A DNA stretch of 64,000 nt from contig JANNXQ010000105.1 in NCBI GenBank assembly GCA_031409655.1, forward strand, positions 1 to 64,000, in the 5' to 3' direction. This DNA comes from Chthoniobacteraceae bacterium. Its GTDB lineage: Bacteria; Verrucomicrobiota; Verrucomicrobiia; Chthoniobacterales; Chthoniobacteraceae. Made by a program: the position numbers and the translations under genes. Shown one piece after another: positions 8,955 to 17,829 of this stretch (position 1 is its first letter; every line of letters starts with the position of its first letter). The notes beneath the pieces were generated by a model. The model saw only the letters and a program-made list of their open reading frames with translations. It did not search any database and was not told the origin of the DNA.

Positions 8955-11266
8955 TACAGCTTCGGCACCACCTTTGGCCGCCACGTGGGTTTCGAGAGGG
9001 TGTCGTCGCTCGTGTATTCGAAGAGTTTGCTCACCGGGAAAAGCAGCACGCCGGGGAGGCCCTGGGCGTTGATGCGCATGTCGAAGTCCATGCGGTCATC
9101 GAGGAAGAAGAGTTGCCCATTGCCGATCATATTGAAGCCCTGACCTTCGATCAGGAGATCGCGCGTCTGGATCACCCCGGCCTCGATGGTCAGCGTGGCG
9201 GAGGCTTTCCGCGCTGCCTGGTAGCCCATGCCGGGGACGATGCCATTCAGGATACCGGAGAAAGGGCCAAGGAAGGGAATGGCGAAGACCTGGCCATCGG
9301 TGACGGTGAGGTCGCCGGTGCCGCGCATGGTGCGGGCGTCTTCGCCGCGACCAGTGAAATCATAGCGCCCGTTCAGCCGGCCCTGGGAGTCGTCGTAGTT
9401 GAAGTAGAGTTTCGTGAGGCTCGCAAAGTCCACATTCTCCGCCTCGATGCGCGCGCGGTGGCCAGGCTTTTCGCGCCGGAGCGAGATCTCCGCCTCGCCC
9501 CGCATCCGGCCGCCAAAGAGCTGGGCGCTGAGGCCGTCGATCTTCATCCGATCCCACCAGAAGGACAGCTTGCCCGAAATCTGCGGCGCGCTGAGTTCGC
9601 GGCCGAGGAAGGTGTAGTTCATCCCGAGTGGTGCATCGACCTCGACGGTGAGCTTCGTGGTCTTGCCGCCCTTGGCGTGGACCACGCCATCGACGATGAG
9701 ATTCGGCGGCGCCTTGAAACGGTAAGGTGCGACATCGCGGACGAGGCGCGGGTCGATCCACGTCGCGATCTCCGGCGGGAAGGCGCTGCCGCGGATGTTT
9801 TGCAGGCGGACTTCGTCGCGTTTGAAATCGAAGACGAGTCCCCCGGTGCCGCCTCCCTGGACGCGGCGCAAGCGCCCGGAGGAGAAGCTCAGCGTGCGAT
9901 CTTCGTAGCTGAAGTTTGCCGTGAGGCTCTCGCAGGCCACCCCGCGGTAACTCGCCGCGCCGACGCGCAGCTCGCCGGTGATGCGCCAGTCCTGGATCGA
10001 GAGCGAGGGACCTCTGACCTCGGCCGTTACCGCGGGGGCCTCGGGAAATTCAAACTCCCCCAGCACCCGCGCGGCCGGGCCGCTGAGGAGCGGTTGGAGC
10101 GGCTTGGGATTGATGGTGCTGCGCAGTTGCGCGCGAAAAGCGCCTGGCACCAGCATGGCATCGCCGAAGATCATGCCGCTGCGGTGCAGCAGCCGCGCCT
10201 CCCGCGCGCTCCAGCGTTCGCCATCCCACGAGACGTCCGCATCCAGCCCTTCAAAGACGACGGAGCGAAAGGCAAACTTCCGCAGCCCGAGGTGGCCAAC
10301 CACCATGATCGCTGGCTTCTCCGCGAGCACGCCTTGGAAAGTGAGATCGACCGCGGGCGATTCGTAGAAGACGAATTCGCCGAGCTGGGGCAAGACCCGG
10401 AAAGCCTGGCTGAGGCCCTGGAGGTCGAGGCCGGATTGCAGATGAAGATCGAGCGCGCGGGTCTCCGTGCCGTAGTTCCCGGTCACGCTCAAAGCGCCGA
10501 CCGCGTCCGCCGCGGTGAACTGTTTCAGCTCCACGAATCTGTCGCGGTAGCAGGCCGCGACGTTGAGCTGACGCAGCAGATAGTTCCCCCGCCGGATGCG
10601 CTCGCCCCAGAGGGCCGCTTCCACGAAGATTTTCTCCGGCGTCGCGAGGTCCCCGCTGAAGGTGATGCTGAGCGCGGGCGCCGCGGCCTCGAACTTCAGC
10701 GCCTTCAATTCATCGATGACGCGCGCGATCAAAGGCGACGCGCTCTTTTGCTCCTCGTCGGGCTTCTTCGGGAACGCCTGCGGATTGATAAAACGGCCTG
10801 AGGCCGAGACGCGGATGCCGAATACTTCCGCCTCGGCGCGAGCGAGATAGACCTGTTGCGGTGGGAGGAAAAGGCGCGCATTGAGGCGTGCGACTTCGAT
10901 CCGCGGACTGCGGGCATCGGAGGGATCGACGGGGAGCGCGAGATTCGCCTCCCGGAGATCGAGCGCGTCGAGGAAAGGCTCGCCCCGCGCGAGATTCGCG
11001 TAGTTCACCTGCAGGCTCATCTCGTCGATCTCCGCCAGCACCCGCCGCCGGTCACGCGCATCGAGCACCTTCACTCCGCTGGCCACCAGGCCGCGCATCG
11101 GGTCGAGGGAAAGTTTGCGCAGATAGACTTCCACGCCGCGCTTGCGGAATTCCTCGGTGACCCGGAGCCGCCACTGTTTCGTGAAGCCACGATGGTACAG
11201 GTACCAGGCCGACCCGATGAAGGCGGCGAGGAAGATGGTGAACAAAGTGAGCAGCACGCGCCGCAT
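8954..11266 (-). CDS. AsmA-like (AsmA/TamB/YhdP superfamily) protein
   Basis: N-terminal TM anchor, long beta-rich body, LFGGRMRG, C-terminal PVSKLFEY. Confidence 0.7.
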   Translation of the reverse strand: MRRVLLTLFTIFLAAFIGSAWYLYHRGFTKQWRLRVTEEFRKRGVEVYLRKLSLDPMRGLVASGVKVLDARDRRRVLAEIDEMSLQVNYANLARGEPFLDALDLREANLALPVDPSDARSPRIEVARLNARLFLPPQQVYLARAEAEVFGIRVSASGRFINPQAFPKKPDEEQKSASPLIARVIDELKALKFEAAAPALSITFSGDLATPEKIFVEAALWGERIRRGNYLLRQLNVAACYRDRFVELKQFTAADAVGALSVTGNYGTETRALDLHLQSGLDLQGLSQAFRVLPQLGEFVFYESPAVDLTFQGVLAEKPAIMVVGHLGLRKFAFRSVVFEGLDADVSWDGERWSAREARLLHRSGMIFGDAMLVPGAFRAQLRSTINPKPLQPLLSGPAARVLGEFEFPEAPAVTAEVRGPSLSIQDWRITGELRVGAASYRGVACESLTANFSYEDRTLSFSSGRLRRVQGGGTGGLVFDFKRDEVRLQNIRGSAFPPEIATWIDPRLVRDVAPYRFKAPPNLIVDGVVHAKGGKTTKLTVEVDAPLGMNYTFLGRELSAPQISGKLSFWWDRMKIDGLSAQLFGGRMRGEAEISLRREKPGHRARIEAENVDFASLTKLYFNYDDSQGRLNGRYDFTGRGEDARTMRGTGDLTVTDGQVFAIPFLGPFSGILNGIVPGMGYQAARKASATLTIEAGVIQTRDLLIEGQGFNMIGNGQLFFLDDRMDFDMRINAQGLPGVLLFPVSKLFEYTSDDTLSKPTWRPKVVPKL

Positions 11267-11351
11267 GCGGGCGAATCTGCAAGGCGGCGCGCAGGGTGTC
11301 GAGGGGGTGGATTCAAAGCGCGGCAAACCTGACTGGGAGCCCGGAGCAGAT

Positions 11352-11401
11352 TCGTCCTCGAAAGCGCAACGATCGAGGACGAGGACGAGAACGAGCACGA
11401 G
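11352..11401. repeat. Hexamer repeat hairpin (CGAGGA/CGAGCA type)
   Basis: TCGTCCTCGA ... TCGAGGACGAGGACGAGAACGAGCACGAG. Confidence 0.65.
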
Positions 11402-11485
11402 CCGCCGCCTCCTTCCAGCGCCGCCCCTCCCGGCCCCTTGAAAATCGCCGTGGCATACGCGATGCTCCCCCTCGGAAACCCCGAG

Positions 11486-12184
11486 ATGATTAAAGCAAAT
11501 TGTCGGGATCGGTTCACTGCTGCGGACTTCGATTTTGTCGTCAAGACACTGGCGAGGTCTGAAAACGAGTCTGTCTCCCTGGGAGACCTGCTCACAGATG
11601 ACGGGACGCGGGATGCAATTCTCGATGCTCCGAAGCTCGTGGAGGCCGTCCTCGACGGCCGCGCCCCACTGAGCATTTCGCCACAGCTCTACTTCTACGT
11701 TTTGCTCAGACGTGTCTTAAAAGATGCAGGACTGAACGATCGTTCGGTCAGCGATTACGTCGCCTCGTTGCTCGCGACTTTTTCCGATAGCGCGCGGATG
11801 CGGTCGCCTGCGGATGGCGCGACGGGGCCGCTGCAATATGTGAGCGACATGCTCATCGCGCTCCAGGCGGCCTCGCCGACGCAGAGCTTTCTGATCCGCG
11901 CGCACGTTGGGAATTACGCGCTCTTCATCACCGGGATTTTCCACGAGTCCGTGCAAAGTCGCTCGCAGCGCGGCGCGCCGGACCTGGAGTTTTATGAAGA
12001 TGTGGGGCGCGCGAACTTTAAGGCGGCAGCGAGTCATCGTGTCGCCCGGTCGGCGGCGCTGAGCGGGGTGTATGAGCAGCTCGCGGAGCAATTTCACGAC
12101 GTGCGCCTCGCGCTCAATCGGCTTTCGGACTCGATCCTGCACCTTGACGATGCCCACCCGCCCTTGATCGGCTCCGACGCATGA
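11486..12184 (+). CDS. Conserved hypothetical protein (helical)
   Basis: Protein-like ORF with HVGNYALFITGIF; ATGA overlap with the next gene. Confidence 0.75.
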   Translation: MIKANCRDRFTAADFDFVVKTLARSENESVSLGDLLTDDGTRDAILDAPKLVEAVLDGRAPLSISPQLYFYVLLRRVLKDAGLNDRSVSDYVASLLATFSDSARMRSPADGATGPLQYVSDMLIALQAASPTQSFLIRAHVGNYALFITGIFHESVQSRSQRGAPDLEFYEDVGRANFKAAASHRVARSAALSGVYEQLAEQFHDVRLALNRLSDSILHLDDAHPPLIGSDA

Positions 12185-12876
12185 GCGCCACGCTTTTCAG
12201 TGAGATCCAGCGGCTCTTTGAGCGGACTTACGCGGCCGTCGGGATCAATCTGGAAGACTGTCTCATCGACCGCCAGCGTTGCGGCCAGCTCAGCCGGCTG
12301 GCCGGCGCGTCGGCGCGGGAGTTGAGCGAGCTGGCGCGCACCTTTCTCCGCAAAGCGGACGGCCGGCTGCACATCGGCATCTACTATTCGCAATGGCTCA
12401 TCGAGCAGCTCGAGCGGCATGATCCGCGCCGCGGCTTGAGCGACGAGAATATCCGGTCGCTCATTCCCTTCGTGGAAGAGATCAATCACGCGTTGCACGC
12501 GGCGCTCCAGTTTCAGCGGGGCGTCGAGGAGATCCAAAGCGAAGACTACGCGCGCAATCTGGAGCTGCAGGCCCAAGTCGATACCTACCTCGTCCTGCTG
12601 CTCTTCGTGGCCTTCTTTCGAAAGACCCAGCGCATCTCCCGCACCGATCGGCGCTGGCTGCGTTTCCACCTTTTCTCACGGAATGATCCGAACGCCTACT
12701 CATCGCCGAATCTCCGTGGCCGCTATCTCGAAACCACCGAACTCGCCGCGGGCTACACCCGCTATCTCGACGGTCTGAACGGCGCGCGGCGGGTGGATGA
12801 GATCCGCCTTTTCCATGCCCTGGACTATGGGGCGAAGCAGCAGCGCATCCTCGCGCTGATGGATGTGTCGCGTTGA
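12181..12876 (+). CDS. Conserved hypothetical protein, possible metal-binding motif
   Basis: EEINHALH and LELQAQVDTY; translationally coupled to the upstream gene. Confidence 0.75.
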   Translation: MSATLFSEIQRLFERTYAAVGINLEDCLIDRQRCGQLSRLAGASARELSELARTFLRKADGRLHIGIYYSQWLIEQLERHDPRRGLSDENIRSLIPFVEEINHALHAALQFQRGVEEIQSEDYARNLELQAQVDTYLVLLLFVAFFRKTQRISRTDRRWLRFHLFSRNDPNAYSSPNLRGRYLETTELAAGYTRYLDGLNGARRVDEIRLFHALDYGAKQQRILALMDVSR

Positions 12877-12960
12877 GTAATCGGTGACCGTGCCCAGAAG
12901 ACTTGAAGATGGTGGACAATAGGATTGTTCCTGGTCCGGGGGCATCTAGTGTGCCGCGGC

Positions 12961-14901
12961 ATGAAGCGTTCGCAGATCATTCCAGTGCTGCTCATGTTAC
13001 TTGTCGCCTTTTCGCTGCGCTGGTGGTTGTCGGAATTTCACGAGGTGACGGTCGGAAATCGTGGACCCGAGCAGCCGGAGGACGGCTCGGGAATGCGCGA
13101 CCGCTCCGCGATTTTGGCGCTGTCCGCTGCGCCTGCGTCACGAATCGCCCCCGTTTTGTTTCCACCGGATTCTCCAGTGTCCTCTCATCCGGTCGAGCGC
13201 GCGGCTGCTTCGGGTGTCGTCCTTGAGACCCGAGTGGAAGCGACGGAGCGCGTCGGTCGGTGGCTGCGCAGCCGGTTGCTGCAAACGGAGATTCAGCCGC
13301 GCCCGGTGCGCGTGGTGGAGCATTGGGAAGTGGACGCGAGTGGCCACTCCTGGGTCTGTGTGGGGCGCAATATGTATCTTGCAGATCAATTGATCGTGAA
13401 AGTGCGACCGGGCTTGAGTGAGGTGGCGCTGCGCGAGCGACTGGCGACCCTCGGGATGCAAATCGAGAGCCGACTCGCCAGGGAGGTGTTTTCCGTGCGC
13501 CTGCCGGAAGCGAAGCTGGACACGGTGCCCGAGGCCATCCGGTTGCTTTCCGCGCATCCGGAACTCGCGGAGTCCGCCGAGCCAGATGGCGTGGGTTTTG
13601 GTGCTGGGCTGCCGAACGATTCGCGCTTCGGCGAGCAGTGGGGCCTCCACAACACCGGTCAATCCGGCGGGATCGCGGATGCCGACGTCGATGCGCCGGA
13701 ATTCTGGGATATCCTCGAAAGTGCTCCGGGAATCATGGTCGCGGTGCTCGACTCGGGCCTGAACTTCACGCATCCCGATTTGCAGGGCGTCGCCTGGGTG
13801 AATCCGGGCGAGATTCCAGGCGACGGTCTCGACAACGATGGCAGCGGGAAGGTGGACGACATCAATGGCTGGGATTTCGTGAACAACGACAACAACCCCA
13901 CCGACGATCACGGCCATGGCTCGAACGTCACTGGCATCACCGCGGCGAACCGGAACAATGCAACGGGCATCGCCGGCCTGGTCAGTGGAGTGCGGATCGT
14001 GGTCTGTAAGATTTTGAATTCCAGCAACAGCGGGACGACCTCGAATCTGATTGCCGCCACGACCTATGCCCGTCTCCGCGGAGTGCCGGTGATGAATCTT
14101 TCGCTCCAAAACTATCCCTTCAGCACGACGCTGAACACAGAGTTCACTGCCTGCCAGACGGCCGGCATCCTGCTCGCGATCTGCGCGGGCAATCAGGGTG
14201 TGAACAACGACACCACGCCGAACTACCCGAGCAGCTATCCGCACCCAAACATCATCGCCGTCGGCAATCACGATCGCACCGATGTCCGTTGGGCCGGATC
14301 TTTCAATCCCTCGAACTTTGGCCTGACCAGCGTGGACCTCTTCGCGCCTGGTCGCGAAATCCTCAGCCCGGTCCTCGGCACCTCTTACTCCTCCTACACT
14401 GGGACGTCGCAGGCAGCGCCTTTTGTCACTGCCCTCGCCGCGGCGATTAAGTTCGTGCATCCCTCGTGGCAAGCGGCGGAGATCAAGGGCAGCATCCTCG
14501 CGGCGGGTGTTCCGGTTTCCAGCTACAGCGGCCTTTGTGTGACGGGCGCACGGCTCAATGCGGTGTCCGCTCTCGCGCAAGCTTTCCGCCAGTCGCCGTT
14601 CCGAGACAGCGATGGCGATGGGTTCTCCGACCTTTTCGAGTATCTCGCCGGTTCACGGGTGGATCAGGTGGCCAGTCAGCCCGTGGTTTTCACCAGCAGC
14701 GTGGGAGGGTTTTTCCGTGTCGGGGTTTCGCGCGTGGCGCGCTCTGACGCCCACCTGGCGGTGGAGACCTCGCCAGATCTGCTTTCGTGGACGACGACCG
14801 GCATCACCGATTTTAGTTCGATAGATACGCTGCTCGGGGGAATTTCGCTCTCCGGCGCGCCGCGTGGTTTTGTCCGAATCCAGGCGTTCCCCACGCCGTA
14901 G
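12961..14901 (+). CDS. S8 subtilisin-family serine peptidase
   Basis: VLDSG (Asp), DDHGHGS (His), AGN, GTSQAAP (Ser); NPGEIPGDGLDNDG. Confidence 0.92.
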   Translation: MKRSQIIPVLLMLLVAFSLRWWLSEFHEVTVGNRGPEQPEDGSGMRDRSAILALSAAPASRIAPVLFPPDSPVSSHPVERAAASGVVLETRVEATERVGRWLRSRLLQTEIQPRPVRVVEHWEVDASGHSWVCVGRNMYLADQLIVKVRPGLSEVALRERLATLGMQIESRLAREVFSVRLPEAKLDTVPEAIRLLSAHPELAESAEPDGVGFGAGLPNDSRFGEQWGLHNTGQSGGIADADVDAPEFWDILESAPGIMVAVLDSGLNFTHPDLQGVAWVNPGEIPGDGLDNDGSGKVDDINGWDFVNNDNNPTDDHGHGSNVTGITAANRNNATGIAGLVSGVRIVVCKILNSSNSGTTSNLIAATTYARLRGVPVMNLSLQNYPFSTTLNTEFTACQTAGILLAICAGNQGVNNDTTPNYPSSYPHPNIIAVGNHDRTDVRWAGSFNPSNFGLTSVDLFAPGREILSPVLGTSYSSYTGTSQAAPFVTALAAAIKFVHPSWQAAEIKGSILAAGVPVSSYSGLCVTGARLNAVSALAQAFRQSPFRDSDGDGFSDLFEYLAGSRVDQVASQPVVFTSSVGGFFRVGVSRVARSDAHLAVETSPDLLSWTTTGITDFSSIDTLLGGISLSGAPRGFVRIQAFPTP

Positions 14902-14957
14902 GGCGCAGGCGCACTCCTCGCTCGACTCACTGCTGCGTGCTGCCAAAGTGCGCCGCG

Positions 14958-15743
14958 ATGATCCACCTCACCATTCTCGGCAGCGGCAGCGCGGGCAATT
15001 GCGCGCTCGTCGAGGCGGGGCGGACACGACTGCTGATCGATGGCGGACTGAGTGCGCGGCAGATCGCGGTGCGGCTCGCGCAGTGCGGGATCAATCCCAT
15101 CGAGATCGACGGCATCCTGCTCACCCACGAACACATCGATCACGCTGGCGGGCTCGATGTCTGGTGCAAACAGTCGGCGACGCCGATCTACTGCAACCGA
15201 CTGACCGCCGAGGTGCTCCAGACGCCGCGGACGGAGCTGCGCAAGGATTGGCGCTACTTTGTCACCGGGTCCGAGTTCACCGTCGGCGACATCACCATCG
15301 AGACTTTCCCGGTGCCGCACGACGCCGTCGAGCCGGTCGGCTTTCTTCTCCATCACGGCAATGTCGCGCTCGGTTTCCTGACCGATCTGGGCACCGTGAC
15401 GAAGCTCGTCCAGGAGCGCATCCGCCACGCGCACACCCTGGCGATCGAAACGAATCACGACGAGAAGTTGCTGCAAAATGACACGAAGCGTCCGTGGAGC
15501 GTGAAGCAGCGGATCATGTCGCGTCACGGTCATCTCTCGAACACCGCCGCCGCCAACGTCCTCGCGGAATGCGCTGGATCGAATCTCCGCCGTGCGGTGC
15601 TCGGGCATCTCAGCCGCGACTGCAACTCACCGGAACTGGCCGTCGGCACAGTGCGCGCGCGGCTGGCGGAATGTGGTGCCTCCGAGATCGACGTCATCTG
15701 CGCTACGCAGCGCGAGATCACCGCACGCTTCGAGGTGGCGTAA
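14958..15743 (+). CDS. MBL-fold metallo-hydrolase, YycJ/WalJ-like
   Basis: GSGSAGN, THEHIDH, VPHDA, ETNHD, GHLSN, GHLS. Confidence 0.88.
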   Translation: MIHLTILGSGSAGNCALVEAGRTRLLIDGGLSARQIAVRLAQCGINPIEIDGILLTHEHIDHAGGLDVWCKQSATPIYCNRLTAEVLQTPRTELRKDWRYFVTGSEFTVGDITIETFPVPHDAVEPVGFLLHHGNVALGFLTDLGTVTKLVQERIRHAHTLAIETNHDEKLLQNDTKRPWSVKQRIMSRHGHLSNTAAANVLAECAGSNLRRAVLGHLSRDCNSPELAVGTVRARLAECGASEIDVICATQREITARFEVA

Positions 15744-15746
15744 TTT

Positions 15747-15853
15747 TGGAGGGACACGCTCCGTCGTGTCCCTGATCTCCTCGGGCAGCGGCGGAGCGGA
15801 GCCCGCCACCTCCGCCCGCCAAAGTTTGGGACACGACGGAGCGTGTCCCTCCA
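15747..15853. repeat. REP-like inverted pair, family B
   Basis: Perfect 26-bp arms TGGAGGGACACGCTCCGTCGTGTCCC / GGGACACGACGGAGCGTGTCCCTCCA, each internally palindromic. Confidence 0.88.
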
Positions 15854-15856
15854 GGA

Positions 15857-16654
15857 TCAATGCGCCTTCACTTCGTCCCAGAGCTTGTCGAGTTCGGCGA
15901 GCGGCAGACCTTCGAGGGTGATGCTGCGTTCGCGAGCCAGAGTTTCGACGGCGCGGAAACGGCCGCTGAATTTCTCCGTCGCGCGATGCAGCGCGGGCTC
16001 GGCGTCGATCTTCAGTTTGCGCGCCAGATTCACCACCGAGAAAAGGACGTCGCCGATTTCATCCTCCAGCTTTGCGGGATCGCCGAGCACGGCCTCCACT
16101 TCCGCGAGTTCCTCCCGCACTTTGGCAAAGACCGGCGCCGCGTCCGCCCAATCGAACCCGACCTTCGCCGCCTTCTTCTGCACCTTTTGCGCCCGCATCA
16201 ACGCCGGCAGTCCGACGGGCAAACCGTCGAGCACCGATTCCGGCGCATTCCCCTTTTCCGCGCGCTTGATTTCGTCCCACTTGAGCAAGACATCCGCCGC
16301 ATCCACGCACTGATCATTCCCGAAGACATGCGGATGCCGCCGTACCAGTTTTGCCGAGACCTCGCGCGCCACGGCATCGAATTCGAAGCGTCCCTCGTCC
16401 CGCGCGATCTGCGCATGGAAGACCACCTGCAGGAGCAGATCGCCGAGTTCTTCGCGCAGATTCGCGTCGTCGCGCGCATCGATCGCCGCGGCAACTTCAT
16501 ACGCTTCCTCGATCAACCCAGCGCGCAGCGAACCGTGCGTCTGCTCCTGATCCCACGGACATCCGCCAGGCCCGCGCAGCTTCGCGATGATGTCGAGGAG
16601 TTGGTCGATCCCAGGGGACTGCGTGTCGGGTGGTGAAAGTTTGGGCGTATCCAT
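15857..16654 (-). CDS. mazG: Nucleoside triphosphate pyrophosphohydrolase MazG
   Basis: LRGPGGCPWD, EEAYE, EELGDLLLQVVFH, RRHPHVF, GFDW, EIGD. Confidence 0.95.
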   Translation of the reverse strand: MDTPKLSPPDTQSPGIDQLLDIIAKLRGPGGCPWDQEQTHGSLRAGLIEEAYEVAAAIDARDDANLREELGDLLLQVVFHAQIARDEGRFEFDAVAREVSAKLVRRHPHVFGNDQCVDAADVLLKWDEIKRAEKGNAPESVLDGLPVGLPALMRAQKVQKKAAKVGFDWADAAPVFAKVREELAEVEAVLGDPAKLEDEIGDVLFSVVNLARKLKIDAEPALHRATEKFSGRFRAVETLARERSITLEGLPLAELDKLWDEVKAH

Positions 16655-16738
16655 GAAGAAGAAAGTGAAAGGTGCCTCGGTGGCATCGAGATCCGCAATC
16701 AAGATTGCGCCAAGAGCGTCCCCTCGTAAGCTCTCGTC

Positions 16739-16969
16739 ATGATTCAGAAGCTGCGTGAGTTACTGGACGCCAATCCGTTTCAGCCTTTCCATGTCAACCT
16801 CGCTGACGGTCGCAAATTCGCCATCGCTTCACCCGATATGATCTGGATGCCCGCGGAGGGCCGCGGCGGATTGCACATTTTCGTTCCGGAAGAGGACCGC
16901 ATTGTGAGCGTGAATCTCCTCCTGCTGACCTCCGTGGACTGGGCAGCGCCGGCGGGAGCGCGCGAGTAG
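16739..16969 (+). CDS. Small hypothetical protein (PFxPF...DG family)
   Basis: 76-aa ORF filling the gap; PFQPFHVNLADGR; promoter-like TTGCGC-N16-TAAGCT directly upstream. Confidence 0.7.
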   Translation: MIQKLRELLDANPFQPFHVNLADGRKFAIASPDMIWMPAEGRGGLHIFVPEEDRIVSVNLLLLTSVDWAAPAGARE

Positions 16970-16982
16970 CGCCGACCCTGAG

Positions 16983-17666
16983 TCAGATCCGCCAGAGCGA
17001 GCGGTGGGTGCCGAATTCGCTGATCTCGCCGCTCGATCGCCGACTCACGTAGATCGTGATCCCGACCACGGTGGCAAAGGTGGCGACGACGATGAAGGCC
17101 ACCAGCCAGCTCGGGATGGAAGTGCCGACGTGGAGCGCGGCGTAGAAAGACGCGAGGGAATCGATCTTCGGATCCGCGTGCAGGAAGATTTTCGTGATCC
17201 ACGCGACGAGCACGATGATGAAGATGAAAATGTAGTTCCGTTTCAGGCGGCGTCCGAGCGCTTCGAGGCGGCTGATCTTGAAACTCGGCAGGAGCAAATC
17301 TTCGCAGACCAGTTTCTGCCATTCGCCCTGCAGCATGCCGGTATTTTGCGAGACGATCGGCACGAGGAAGTGGGCCTCGAGCATTCGCACTCGCGCGCGG
17401 AAGGCATCGTAGAACCGGTACCGGCGGGCCTCGATCCAGAGCAGCATCCAGACGACCGCGATATTGAAAAAGAAGATGAGGTGCGGCACGTCGCGGAACG
17501 AAAAGGCGATCGTGAAAATGGAGGAAGTGACCGTGATCGCCCAACTCGTCGTGACATCGAGCCGCTGCCGCCAGGACATGATCCGCCCGAGTTCACCCCG
17601 GTAAAAATGCGACATCGCCGTGATGTAGCTGGAGTCGAACTTTGGCGGAGAGGGTACGTCGGGCAT
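16983..17666 (-). CDS. DUF2270 family membrane protein
   Basis: HFYRGE..R...WRQRLDVTTSWA, EARRYRFYD, RRLKRNY. Confidence 0.88.
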   Translation of the reverse strand: MPDVPSPPKFDSSYITAMSHFYRGELGRIMSWRQRLDVTTSWAITVTSSIFTIAFSFRDVPHLIFFFNIAVVWMLLWIEARRYRFYDAFRARVRMLEAHFLVPIVSQNTGMLQGEWQKLVCEDLLLPSFKISRLEALGRRLKRNYIFIFIIVLVAWITKIFLHADPKIDSLASFYAALHVGTSIPSWLVAFIVVATFATVVGITIYVSRRSSGEISEFGTHRSLWRI

Positions 17667-17829
17667 GGACGGAGGATTTTGCCGTGGGAGGAAGTTCGCC
17701 GGATGCTGCGGCCGCATCCTCACCAGTGGCATCCGGAATCTGCCAGCCACGGTCGCTGCTCCAAAGGATTTTCTGCGACTGCGCTCGCCGCTTGGCACTG
17801 GAGCGTTCCCTTGGCACCTTCCCCGTCCC

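Noticed and set aside
487..10801. Long overlapping ORFs (487-2070, 2257-3519, 7405-8697, 8852-10801)
   Set aside because: Each lies opposite a gene with clear family motifs.
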